Source: a virus
Taxonomy: Duplodnaviria > Caudoviricetes
IMG/VR virus record: IMGVR_UViG_3300033070_001288
Span: 4,841-68,840 of that record
Reading direction: 5' to 3' (one strand)
DNA length: 64,000 bases
The notes below the pieces were generated by a model. The model was not told the origin of the DNA. It worked only from the letters and a program-made list of their open reading frames with translations, and did no database searches. A program made the translations under genes and the position numbers. Of the stretch, positions 18,776 through 27,594 are shown piece by piece. Numbering within the stretch: the stretch's first letter is position 1; each line of letters opens with the position of its first letter.

Positions 18776-19036
18776 GTGGAAAGAAGGCTACCGAACGACG
18801 AAGACATGGAGGAGCTGGTGAGCCTGCTCCTCCCGATCTCTTCGGCTCCGCGAAACGGCACGCGCATACTCGTGGGAGACGCTAAGTGCGGACTGGTGTC
18901 CGCGTTCTGGGACGACTGCACCGTGCACCCGCTCACCGGCCGAACGGGGATGTGGATGAGCTCCGACGGTACCTTCGTGTGGAGCGAGGACCAAGAGGGC
19001 GGCCCTAGGTGCTGGAGGCCACTCCGCCTGCATTGA
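18776..19036 (+). CDS. small phage protein (DUF551-like PIxTAPxxG family)
   Basis: LPISSAPRNGTRILV...PRCWRPL pattern. Confidence 0.55.
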   Translation: MERRLPNDEDMEELVSLLLPISSAPRNGTRILVGDAKCGLVSAFWDDCTVHPLTGRTGMWMSSDGTFVWSEDQEGGPRCWRPLRLH

Positions 19037-19056
19037 GGCGTAACTGCGCTACAGAG

Positions 19057-19089
19057 AAGCCCCCGAGGAGCGATCCTCGGGGGCTTTTT
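19057..19089. terminator. bidirectional intrinsic terminator
   Basis: 13-bp stem AAGCCCCCGAGGA / GCGA loop / TCCTCGGGGGCTT plus T-run, between convergent genes. Confidence 0.9.
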
Positions 19090-19122
19090 CGCGTGCGCGG
19101 TACCGCCCAGCGGCGCAGTCTC

Positions 19123-19590
19123 TCAGCGACGAATGCGTATTCGGGCCGGGTCTAGCACCGGCACGTCGAGCGCCAGCTCCGCCGCCGCCCTCACGCCCAT
19201 CCCCGCCGCGCGCTGAAGGCGCGCCAGACCCGCCGCGCTCAGCAGCCCCGCGTGCAGGTCTGCTACGTTCTCTGCACCGTGTCCGTAGTCCCACGTGCCC
19301 GCTTCCTCGGCCGCACGCGCCACGCTCCAGAAGCGAGCTACGCTCGTGCACACAGAGAACTCGGCCGTAGACAGCGGGTCTACGTACCACGCCCCGTAAG
19401 GCCGGTCGCGGCGCAGGCTAGGCGCCGAGTAGTCGCGGTTCACCGCCACGGTCAGGCGCCACAGCCACCGCACCAGCCCCGCCGTCTCTGCGCTGCACTC
19501 TACCTCCCCGTCTATAGTTTTTAAGACGAATCGGCGCACGCGCCGATTCTTTCTCCACTCGCGAAACTGCGCGAATGAACGCCCGATCAT
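19123..19590 (-). CDS. hypothetical protein
   Basis: ATGA-coupled to the upstream minus-strand gene. Confidence 0.6.
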   Translation of the reverse strand: MIGRSFAQFREWRKNRRVRRFVLKTIDGEVECSAETAGLVRWLWRLTVAVNRDYSAPSLRRDRPYGAWYVDPLSTAEFSVCTSVARFWSVARAAEEAGTWDYGHGAENVADLHAGLLSAAGLARLQRAAGMGVRAAAELALDVPVLDPARIRIRR

Positions 19591-20309
19591 CCGACCAGCT
19601 CACGGATGCGGGCGTCGTTCGTCTTGCCGCGAACGTAGCGCTTGTCTGCGTCCGACAGCGTGTCGATGATATTGCGCAGCATCACGACGCGGTCCTCGTC
19701 GGCGAACTCGGGCGCGAACAGCGCCACCACGCTGGCAGACACGCCGGCCGTCTCGACGTTGATGTCGCCGGGCGCGCCGGGCTGCGGCATCGCGTTCGGG
19801 TCAATCATCGCGCGCATCGGGCCGTCGTCCTTGCCCTCGCCCGGCATCGAGCTGCGCAGGCGCCGCTGAGCAGCCGTCATCAGGCGCTCCGTCTCGCGCC
19901 GAGCGTCGGGGCTGTCGAGCAGCTTGTGAGCGGCGTCGGTCGACAGCAGCGTCAGGATGCCCGAGTTGATGTTGCTCATCAGCGTCGGATTCTTGATCAG
20001 CTCCTCCTTCGGGGCGAAGGACGCCAGGTCGATCGGGATGAAGGTGTTCGGAATCTCGATCGTGAACGTGTCGCCCGACTGCGACGACTTGTGCGGGATC
20101 AGGACGTGCGTCACCTTCTTCGTGATCTTCGAGGCGTTCGACACGACGTACACCGAGTTCGAGTTCTCCTCGAGCAGGTCGTGCAGGCGCATCACGCGCT
20201 TGCCCGCGTCGCCGGTGGTCGATGCGCCGGAGCCGTGTCGCAGCGCGACGCCGCCCTGCGCCAGAGATACGCCTACGTCGGCGTTCGAAGTCTTCGTTTC
20301 GGTATTCAT
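19587..20309 (-). CDS. hypothetical protein (240 aa)
   Basis: Start moved to the ATG at 20309 (AGGAG RBS, ATGA overlap); strong phage codon bias. Confidence 0.75.
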   Translation of the reverse strand: MNTETKTSNADVGVSLAQGGVALRHGSGASTTGDAGKRVMRLHDLLEENSNSVYVVSNASKITKKVTHVLIPHKSSQSGDTFTIEIPNTFIPIDLASFAPKEELIKNPTLMSNINSGILTLLSTDAAHKLLDSPDARRETERLMTAAQRRLRSSMPGEGKDDGPMRAMIDPNAMPQPGAPGDINVETAGVSASVVALFAPEFADEDRVVMLRNIIDTLSDADKRYVRGKTNDARIRELVG

Positions 20310-20713
20310 GATCGTCTCCTGAGTTTGGATACTGCTTCTTCGACTAGTGCTCGGCGATCCCTCAGCAGAGCGGCCACGCGGCGCTCCGTTGCTCTGTCGG
20401 TTACCGAGCTGAGCGGAAGCGTGGCGAGCACCGCCGCAGCCTCCGACGTATCTCCTTCGAACTCGTCTCCGGAGAATTCCTCTACGGCCTCTATCAGCCG
20501 TATCCACAGCGCGAGCTTGGCGCGCCCGCGGTCTATCGACTCCTTTACGACCCGCACGTCTTTCCTGCGGAGCCTCGCGACGTCGTGCTCCGTGAGTTCG
20601 GTGGTGCCCGAGTCTACCGCCGCGCACCCGCCCATTGCTCGGCCGCTGCGCATCCAGCAGCTACGCGTGCAGCGAGGGCCGACGTCTTGCTTAGAGAACG
20701 GGCAGTCGGTCAC
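20306..20713 (-). CDS. hypothetical Cys-containing protein
   Basis: CPF..RCTRSCW..GCA N-terminus; coupled to both neighbours. Confidence 0.6.
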   Translation of the reverse strand: MTDCPFSKQDVGPRCTRSCWMRSGRAMGGCAAVDSGTTELTEHDVARLRRKDVRVVKESIDRGRAKLALWIRLIEAVEEFSGDEFEGDTSEAAAVLATLPLSSVTDRATERRVAALLRDRRALVEEAVSKLRRRS

Positions 20714-21303
20714 TTGGCGCCCCCGCGCACCTTCGCCTTCTTGGCCTTCGCTCGGCGAACACGCTTAACCTTGATGGCGTAGGGTGAGTGAACCAGCAGC
20801 ATCTTCTTGACGGCCCGTATCTGCTTCTTGAGGCCGGCTACCGACCTAGAGTCGAACGAGAAGTTTCCTCGGGAGAACGTGGCCAGGCACAGGGCGTCTA
20901 CGGGGTGAGCTGGTATCCCCAGCGACTTGGCGTACTTGTACAGGACCTCCAAGTCGCACAGCTTGGCTATAGCGTTCTTCCACGTGGAGGGCAGCGTCGT
21001 GCGATCTTCGATCTTGAGGTAGTCGTTGATGGTGCTCAGCGCGCCGATCATTAGGTTGACCACCTCAGAAGACTGCGTGCCGAAGCGCCGGGCTGCGAAC
21101 TGCTCCGTCATCACGACGTCGGGCCGTAGGGTTCGCATCAGGATGCGCATCTTCTTTCGGTACCTCGGGCGCATGTAGGCGTCCTTAGCCTTCATCGAAG
21201 AGATAGTCTCCTGCAGCATCTGAGCGTGGCACACTCGGCCCGCGTCGTCGAGCATCACCATGGCGAAGTTGTCTTTGCCGGGGTCGATTCCCAGGTGCTT
21301 CAA
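20710..21303 (-). CDS. ruvC: RuvC-like Holliday junction resolvase
   Basis: LGIDPG (Asp1), VVMTEQF (Glu), PSTWK, HPVDALCLA (terminal Asp): RNase H-fold RuvC/poxvirus A22-like pattern. Confidence 0.75.
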   Translation of the reverse strand: MKHLGIDPGKDNFAMVMLDDAGRVCHAQMLQETISSMKAKDAYMRPRYRKKMRILMRTLRPDVVMTEQFAARRFGTQSSEVVNLMIGALSTINDYLKIEDRTTLPSTWKNAIAKLCDLEVLYKYAKSLGIPAHPVDALCLATFSRGNFSFDSRSVAGLKKQIRAVKKMLLVHSPYAIKVKRVRRAKAKKAKVRGGAK

Positions 21304-21548
21304 CGCTTCTCCTCCGCTACGGCAGCCAGGCGGGCTATCAGGTCGGGCCTGCCCACTAGCTCGGCTAGGCAGTCTACGGCGTCGTAGGAGCTCAGGCCCA
21401 TACTAGACAGCTCTTCTGCCACCTTGACCACCTCATCTACGGCGCGGGCGCTCAGCTCCGGCGCAGTCCGATCTGCGTACAGCTGCACGTCGTTCTTAGC
21501 CACAGCTAACCTCCACAAATGCATCAAAAACTGCGGTTTTGTAGGCAT
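21300..21548 (-). CDS. hypothetical protein
   Basis: Overlaps the resolvase start; its own start is uncertain. Confidence 0.55.
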   Translation of the reverse strand: MPTKPQFLMHLWRLAVAKNDVQLYADRTAPELSARAVDEVVKVAEELSSMGLSSYDAVDCLAELVGRPDLIARLAAVAEEKR

Positions 21549-21619
21549 CGCGGGGCGGCGCTCTGCACCCCTCTACGCGGAGATTTTACTATTCTCGCGT
21601 GTGCTGTCCTCGTCGGGTC

Positions 21620-21629
21620 CCTATTTATA
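21620..21629 (+). promoter_or_regulatory. candidate late-promoter motif CCTATTTATA
   Basis: In the divergent intergenic region, 58 nt before the scaffold ATG. Confidence 0.45.
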
Positions 21630-21686
21630 GTGTACGGAAAGATTCCGAGACACCGCATTCTGCAAACCTCCGACCAGGAGTACCCA

Positions 21687-23918
21687 ATGTCCAAACTCAA
21701 TATCGGCAAGGTGGAGACGCCCGTTCTCTTCGCCGCGCCGCCCAAGGGCTCGGTGGAGCTGGCGCTGTTCTCTACCGCGGACGGTAGCAAGATCGTCAGC
21801 AACGCCGACCGCTCGCCGTTCTCTCCGATCGACGGCTCGCCGACGCAGCTGATGTCGTCCAAGAAGACGATCCTGACCGCGCGTCAGATCGACAACTGCG
21901 TCACGCTGGGCCGCTGCTCCGGCTGCATGGCCAAGCTCGTCGCGTCTGCCTCGATGGCCGACTGCATCGAAGCCGCCGGCGAGAGCATCCACTGCCCCGT
22001 CTGCACCGCGACCCTCGCCCCGCAGATCGACCTCAACGTGCTCACGTCCGCGCTGCGCGACGAGTACGCCGCCACCGCCGACCTCGACGATGACGACGAC
22101 TCTGCCGACGACGCCGATGCGGGCGACGAGGACGACGACGCCGGCGACGACGAAGATTTCGGCGACGATTCGGATGCCGATTCGGACGACGGCGACGAGG
22201 ACGAAGACTTCGGCGACGACGACTTCGACGACGAAGGCGACGACGACGCCGACGACGACTCGGACGAGGAAGGCGAAGGAGACGACGACGAGATCGCGAC
22301 CGCGGCTGCCCAGCTGCGCAAGCGCATCAAGCGCCGCAAGCTCCTGGCCGGCGCCGACATGGACGACTCGGACGACGACGCGGATGCGGACGACGACATG
22401 GACGCCGACTCGGACGACGATGTCGACGCCGCTGCCGCGTCTCTGCGCAAGCGCGTCAACAAGAAGCGCCGCAAGGCCCTCGCGTCGGACATGGACGACG
22501 GGGAAGAGGACGACGCGGGCGTTCCCGACGGTGACGGCGACGAAGACGACGACGTTGCCGCCGAGGCCTCGGTCCGCAAGCGCATGCGCGGCAAGTTCGC
22601 CAAGAAGCGCCGCGCGGCCACCGCGTCCGACGACGTGACCGACGACGACTCTGCCGACGATGCGGACGCGGATGCCGACGGCGACGGCGACGGCGACGGC
22701 TTCACGGACGAGGAGAACGAAGTCGTTGCCTCGCTGGCATCGCTCGTTCGTCACGAGTACGCCAAGCGCGGTCTCGAACTGTCGTCCGATCGCACGGTGG
22801 CCGGTCGCGGCCGTCGCACCGACGCCGTGGACGAAGTTCTCGCCTCGGCGCGTGACCGCCTCCGCAGCCGCGGCGGCGTGGACGGCAACAAGCGCGTCAA
22901 GTCTCAGGTGGCCCTGGCCGCCGACGGTGACGATACGGGCCTCGACGCCGTCGATCTCAACGAGACGACGGAAGGCGACGATCCGCAGACCCCGGGCACC
23001 AACGAAGACCTCGTGGTCTCCGACGGCGACACGCCCGGCACCGAGCAGGCCGGCGCCAAGAAGCGCAAGGTCGTTGCCTCCGACGACGACGCAGACGACG
23101 CCGAGGGCGAAGGCGAAGAGGTCGACAACACCGACGACGGCGACGAAGAAGTTGCCGGCGACTCGACCGTCGACTGGCGCCGCTCCACCCCGGAACTGGT
23201 CGCCAGCACGGCCTCTACCGACGTGCACGTGTTCGTCGCCGGTCGCCCCGTGGGTCGACTGGTGAAGGAACAGGCGTCCGCTGGCGTCGCCGCGCAGTGG
23301 GGTCGCCCGACTCTCGCCGCGGGCTTCGCTCAGGCCGCCGCCGCGGGCCTCATGCCGGAGACGGCGAAGGAGTTCGGCTTCGTGGCCAACCGCTTCGTCG
23401 TTAAGGGCGACGAGGTGTTCCGCCAGACGCTCCGTCGCTCCGCCGACATCAACAGCGTCAACCTGCAGCGCGAAGTCGCTTCGGGCAACAGCCGCTATCG
23501 TCAGTCGGTGCAGACGGCCTTCATCGCTGCGGTGAAGGGCTCCTACTCCGACCTCACCAACCCGGTCCGCGACAGCCTCGTTGCGAGCCTCCACAAGTGC
23601 GGCGTCCATGACGCCCGTACCGTCGTCGACAAGGCCTTCGCCTCGTCTGGCGACGCGCTTGTAGCCGGAATCTTCGCCAAGGCGGACGAACTGGCTTCCA
23701 AGTCCGACGCAGCCCGCAACGAAGCCGCAAGCTTCGTGGCTCAGGCTGCCTATCAGTCTCGCGAGGTAGAACCGGCAGCAGACCTCGCGAGTCGTCTTGC
23801 AGCGGGCAATCGCGTGGCCGTCCCGGCCGTCGCGAGCGCACCCGTGCAGGAGGTGGCCTCGGCTCCTGCGTCCACGACGCAGGAGCGAGTTCGGGCTGCG
23901 CTGCGCAGCATCCGCTAG
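21687..23918 (+). CDS. probable prohead scaffold/core protein (743 aa, Asp-rich, N-terminal Zn finger)
   Basis: AGGAG-ATG at 21687; CSGC..CPVC; Asp-rich tracts alternating with basic blocks; directly upstream of the decoration and capsid genes. Confidence 0.6.
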   Translation: MSKLNIGKVETPVLFAAPPKGSVELALFSTADGSKIVSNADRSPFSPIDGSPTQLMSSKKTILTARQIDNCVTLGRCSGCMAKLVASASMADCIEAAGESIHCPVCTATLAPQIDLNVLTSALRDEYAATADLDDDDDSADDADAGDEDDDAGDDEDFGDDSDADSDDGDEDEDFGDDDFDDEGDDDADDDSDEEGEGDDDEIATAAAQLRKRIKRRKLLAGADMDDSDDDADADDDMDADSDDDVDAAAASLRKRVNKKRRKALASDMDDGEEDDAGVPDGDGDEDDDVAAEASVRKRMRGKFAKKRRAATASDDVTDDDSADDADADADGDGDGDGFTDEENEVVASLASLVRHEYAKRGLELSSDRTVAGRGRRTDAVDEVLASARDRLRSRGGVDGNKRVKSQVALAADGDDTGLDAVDLNETTEGDDPQTPGTNEDLVVSDGDTPGTEQAGAKKRKVVASDDDADDAEGEGEEVDNTDDGDEEVAGDSTVDWRRSTPELVASTASTDVHVFVAGRPVGRLVKEQASAGVAAQWGRPTLAAGFAQAAAAGLMPETAKEFGFVANRFVVKGDEVFRQTLRRSADINSVNLQREVASGNSRYRQSVQTAFIAAVKGSYSDLTNPVRDSLVASLHKCGVHDARTVVDKAFASSGDALVAGIFAKADELASKSDAARNEAASFVAQAAYQSREVEPAADLASRLAAGNRVAVPAVASAPVQEVASAPASTTQERVRAALRSIR

Positions 23919-23976
23919 TAGAACTGGCGGAGGCTAATGTCTAGCTTCCGCCCAGAACCCCTGGAGAAGAAAGCAA

Positions 23977-24708
23977 ATGACGATCAACTGGCAGAAAACC
24001 AACATGGCGTTTTCGCAGGAGCACGACGTGCTCGCTGCGGAAGTGGGCTCGGTGTTTGCGGGCTGCGCGCTCGTGTTCGCCCTCGAAGGCGGCGTCGGCA
24101 AGGTCAAGCGTGCGGGCGGTGCGACCACCGACCGTCTCGCCGGCATCTGCATGGCGCCGATCCGCAACTACTCGATCGGCACGAAGATCGAGCAGATCGT
24201 GGTCCCGGCCTCGCCGTACACCGTCGTCCTGCAGCGCCCGATCTCGGGTTCTTCGGTCGGCGCCTTCAAGAACACGGACGGCTCGCTCGTCGCAGTCTCG
24301 GCCTCGGCCGCGTCCCCGACGAACATCCAGAAGACGACCGACGCGACCACCGGCAACGGCGCCCTCGTGTTCGACTCGTCCTTCGCCGGCCAGACGTTCA
24401 ACGTCGTCTACCCCTACGTTCTCTCGTCCGTCGAAGTGCAGGCCAAGATCGGCAACCCCTATCCGGGCCTGTCTGCGACCGACGTGCTGAACAAGTGCGG
24501 CGTGTTCAAGATCGGCCGCATCGCGACCAACGCGTTCGACCCGCTCGCGAACTGGTACACCGGCACGAACTTCCCGAACGTGAAGGTCATCGCCGGCGGC
24601 CTGTTCACCGACTCGGCCAACGCCGCCACCGGCGTCGTGCCGACGAACGTCACCGTTGTGGAGGTGCCGACTCTCGGTTCTCCGTGGCTGGTGCTCGACA
24701 TCCAGTAA
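23977..24708 (+). CDS. putative head decoration/structural protein
   Basis: Beta-rich Thr/Gly/Val protein between scaffold and capsid, with highly biased codons. Confidence 0.55.
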   Translation: MTINWQKTNMAFSQEHDVLAAEVGSVFAGCALVFALEGGVGKVKRAGGATTDRLAGICMAPIRNYSIGTKIEQIVVPASPYTVVLQRPISGSSVGAFKNTDGSLVAVSASAASPTNIQKTTDATTGNGALVFDSSFAGQTFNVVYPYVLSSVEVQAKIGNPYPGLSATDVLNKCGVFKIGRIATNAFDPLANWYTGTNFPNVKVIAGGLFTDSANAATGVVPTNVTVVEVPTLGSPWLVLDIQ

Positions 24709-24774
24709 CCCGCAACCGCGCGCTAAGGCGCATGTAGCATAGGCGCGGTAGAGCGCCCAGAGAAGGAAATACAG

Positions 24775-25863
24775 ATGCAGATCATGAAGAAATCCGCGGG
24801 CGCTCTGCCGGTTCAGGCCAGCCGCCGCCCCGGCTCCTCGGAGCACTGGTTCGGTCGCAACAACGAACTGAACGCAGGCTCCAACGTCGAGGTGATTCAG
24901 CAGCTCGCCTCGCTGATGTCCGAAGTCGCTTCCGGCAACGTCAAGTTCGTCGACCCGAACAAGGCGGAGACGGCATCGACGACGGTGGCGGAGCGCAACG
25001 CGCTGATGGTCGACGCGTTCTTCGACCGCAGCACCGCGGCGTGGGCCGAGACTGGCGCCGCGATCGGCGCGACCCTCTACGAGACGGCGGAGCGTGAAGG
25101 CTTCATGCGTCGCTTCCTCCAGAAGGGCGAGCTGCAGAACGGGTCGATCCCGCGCTTCCAGGTTCGATTCCCGTCGGCTCAGGCCATCGTGGCTTCGAGC
25201 GCGACGGTCGTCGCTCCGCAGATCGCGCTGCAGAAGTACATCTTCCCGCCGGAATACTACATCATGGGCAACGTTCGCGTCGAAGAGCGCGACATCGCCC
25301 AGGGTGCGGCGGACATCATGGACTCGACCTACAACTACGCGATGGAGCAGGTCAACGTCCAGGAAGACCGGGTGGTCACCGGCATGTTCGACGCCACGGT
25401 CGGCGCCGACAATCCGCTGTTCCTCCTCTCGGGCGGCATGTCGCCGTCGAACCTGGCGGCCGCCCGTACGGCGATCCTCCAGTGGGGTCTGCCCGCGGAG
25501 CAGCTGCTCCTCGCGGCCGACTTCTGGACCGACATCGCGGGCAACGCCGCGGCGTTCGGCAACCTGTTCGACCCGGTCACGCAGTACGAGTTGGTCCAGA
25601 CGGGCTTCCTCGGCACGCTCCTCGGCATGGGCATCACGACCGACGGCTTCCGCGACCCGCAGCAGCGCGTCGTGGCGTCGAACACGATGTACATCCTGAC
25701 GTCGCCGCAGAACCTCGGCGCCTACACGGATCGCGGCCCGGTCAAGGCGACCCCGCAGGACACCTACCCGGACGGCATGCCCGCTCGCGGCTGGTTCTTC
25801 CACGAGCTGATGTCGACCGTGGTCGGCGTCACCCGCGGCGTGGTCAAGGCGATCAGAGTGTAG
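24775..25863 (+). CDS. major capsid protein (HK97 fold, inferred)
   Basis: 362 aa with very biased codons; EREGFMRRFLQ..QEDR..GWFFHE pattern; after scaffold/decoration and followed by a strong terminator. Confidence 0.75.
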   Translation: MQIMKKSAGALPVQASRRPGSSEHWFGRNNELNAGSNVEVIQQLASLMSEVASGNVKFVDPNKAETASTTVAERNALMVDAFFDRSTAAWAETGAAIGATLYETAEREGFMRRFLQKGELQNGSIPRFQVRFPSAQAIVASSATVVAPQIALQKYIFPPEYYIMGNVRVEERDIAQGAADIMDSTYNYAMEQVNVQEDRVVTGMFDATVGADNPLFLLSGGMSPSNLAAARTAILQWGLPAEQLLLAADFWTDIAGNAAAFGNLFDPVTQYELVQTGFLGTLLGMGITTDGFRDPQQRVVASNTMYILTSPQNLGAYTDRGPVKATPQDTYPDGMPARGWFFHELMSTVVGVTRGVVKAIRV

Positions 25864-25875
25864 CTGTCTCACCCA

Positions 25876-25887
25876 CGCCAATTTAGA
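25876..25887 (+). promoter_or_regulatory. candidate late-promoter motif CGCCAATTTAGA
   Basis: Intergenic, between the capsid stop and its terminator. Confidence 0.5.
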
Positions 25888-25891
25888 GACG

Positions 25892-25925
25892 AAGGGGAGG
25901 AGATTTTCTCCTCCCCTTTTCTTCT
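25892..25925 (+). terminator. intrinsic terminator after major capsid gene
   Basis: 12-bp stem AAGGGGAGGAGA / TTT / TCTCCTCCCCTT followed by TTCTTCT. Confidence 0.8.
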
Positions 25926-25936
25926 AGGTTGGTTCC

Positions 25937-27187
25937 ATGCCTGTATTCACCAAGTCTAACAGCGCCGTCGAGAAACGCCTCGTCGCTCAAGGCGACAAGT
26001 TCCGCCTAGCATCTAGTTACCTAGGGGTGCGCAAGCCCCTCGCACTCAAGTGCACGCGATGCGGCACGGTTAGGCTGCACAGCCTGGGCATGAACGCTCT
26101 CAAGTCTCGCCTCAAGTGCACGTGCGAGCACGAGAAAGCCGGAAAGCCCTTCGCCACTAAGAAGCAGTGGCAGGCCAAGATAGACGAGCGCCACGGTAGA
26201 GGCGAGTACCGCCTCCTCAAGCGCCACGGCAACTACGAGTTCGATGCACGCCACGCGTGCGGTATAGTTTCTAGGTTCAAGGTAACTAGCCTCGTTCGTA
26301 GGGGCAAGTACGTGTCGTGCCCCTGCTCGCACAAGAAGCTAGTCCGCCACGATGCCCAGACGTTCGGCGAGCAAGTCTCGAAGCGAGGCTTCGAGTGCCT
26401 GGCGATAGACACGAGCGCTAAGACGGCAACCTACCGTCACTCGTGCGGGTTCGAGTTCGACAAGTCGGGGTCGGCGTTCAAGTACGTAAGACGATGCCCG
26501 TCCTGCGAAGAGCCGATGCAGAACGAAGACGACTTGCAGGCCCGTATAGACGCCAAGTTCGGCGAGAGAGAGTACGTGGTAATCCAGAGGTCTGCTAAGA
26601 TCGTCCGGGGACACCGCTCGGGCAGGATAGAGGTAAGGCACAGGTGCGGACACGCCTACTGGGCAGACATGCGCGCACTCTACCAATTTGGTAGTAGCCG
26701 GTGCCCTGAGTGCTTCGGCAGAGCTTACGGGGCCGCAAAAGAAATAGAGCTAGGAGGCACCACGTTTAGGTGTCAGGGTCACGAGCCGTTCTTGCTAAAG
26801 AAGCTAGTAGTGCTCTACGACCCCTCCGAGATAGTTACGTCGCTAGACAAGAAGCGCCTTCGCATTCAGTACAGATACGGCGGTAAGCGTCTCAACTACT
26901 ACCCAGACTTCTGGATTCCTTCGCGCAACAAGATATTCGAGGTCAAGAGCACGGCTACGCTGGGGCTCGTCCGCGATTCGGACGAGGGCTTCTTCGGCGA
27001 AGACTTGCTGGCGAAGAACCAAGCTAAGGCGCGAGCCTGCATCAAGCGCGGGTACTCTTTCAAGCTAGTAGTCTACGGGAGCAAGGGCAACAGACTGAAG
27101 GTACCCCCGGGCTGGATCAGGATGGACAAGAAGGAACTGGCAGTCGCCATGCAACTGAACAAGATAGCAGCAGGGATACACGAATGA
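25937..27187 (+). CDS. free-standing homing endonuclease with tandem Zn-ribbon units and C-terminal PD-(D/E)XK nuclease
   Basis: CTRCG, HACG, HSCG..CPSC, HRCG..CPEC repeats; NYYPDFWIPSRNKIFEVKS. Confidence 0.8.
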   Translation: MPVFTKSNSAVEKRLVAQGDKFRLASSYLGVRKPLALKCTRCGTVRLHSLGMNALKSRLKCTCEHEKAGKPFATKKQWQAKIDERHGRGEYRLLKRHGNYEFDARHACGIVSRFKVTSLVRRGKYVSCPCSHKKLVRHDAQTFGEQVSKRGFECLAIDTSAKTATYRHSCGFEFDKSGSAFKYVRRCPSCEEPMQNEDDLQARIDAKFGEREYVVIQRSAKIVRGHRSGRIEVRHRCGHAYWADMRALYQFGSSRCPECFGRAYGAAKEIELGGTTFRCQGHEPFLLKKLVVLYDPSEIVTSLDKKRLRIQYRYGGKRLNYYPDFWIPSRNKIFEVKSTATLGLVRDSDEGFFGEDLLAKNQAKARACIKRGYSFKLVVYGSKGNRLKVPPGWIRMDKKELAVAMQLNKIAAGIHE

Positions 27188-27594
27188 GCAACCAAGTAGC
27201 AGACCTGCTCGTCGTCGCCCACCTCGCCTTCGTCAAGGCCGAGGCTAGCAGAGACGCCGACGGCGTAGAGAAGGCGGTAGAGCTTGCCGTGCGCGCCCTC
27301 TCTCACCCCGCAGCCCCCGGATTCTTCGCCGCCCTAGACGCGGCGCACGCCGAGCTAAACGACGTATCGGGCAACGACCCCGACACGCTCGGCAACGACG
27401 ACTCTCCCCTCAACCCGCTGGCTCCCGATCCGACGTTCGACGGCGACGAGGACGGCGACGGCGTACCCGACGAAGACTCGGACGCGGCGGGCCCCGCCGA
27501 CGAGGGCCTGGTGAAGCACGAGGCGTTTGCCGTCACGCGGCGCCCGCTCGTTAGCAGCGCGGTAGCCGCCGTAGCCGCTCGGATGAAGAAGTGA
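27184..27594 (+). CDS. hypothetical acidic protein
   Basis: ATGA overlap with the HEG stop. Confidence 0.65.
   Translation: MSNQVADLLVVAHLAFVKAEASRDADGVEKAVELAVRALSHPAAPGFFAALDAAHAELNDVSGNDPDTLGNDDSPLNPLAPDPTFDGDEDGDGVPDEDSDAAGPADEGLVKHEAFAVTRRPLVSSAVAAVAARMKK

Noticed and set aside
21622-21629. T4 late-promoter consensus TATAAATA on the minus strand
   Set aside because: Single occurrence. It is simply the reverse complement of the plus-strand CCTATTTATA motif that recurs elsewhere.
27440-27480. Thrombospondin-3-like Ca-binding motif DEDGDGVPD in ORF 27184
   Set aside because: A single copy within a generally acidic stretch; not enough to call a domain.
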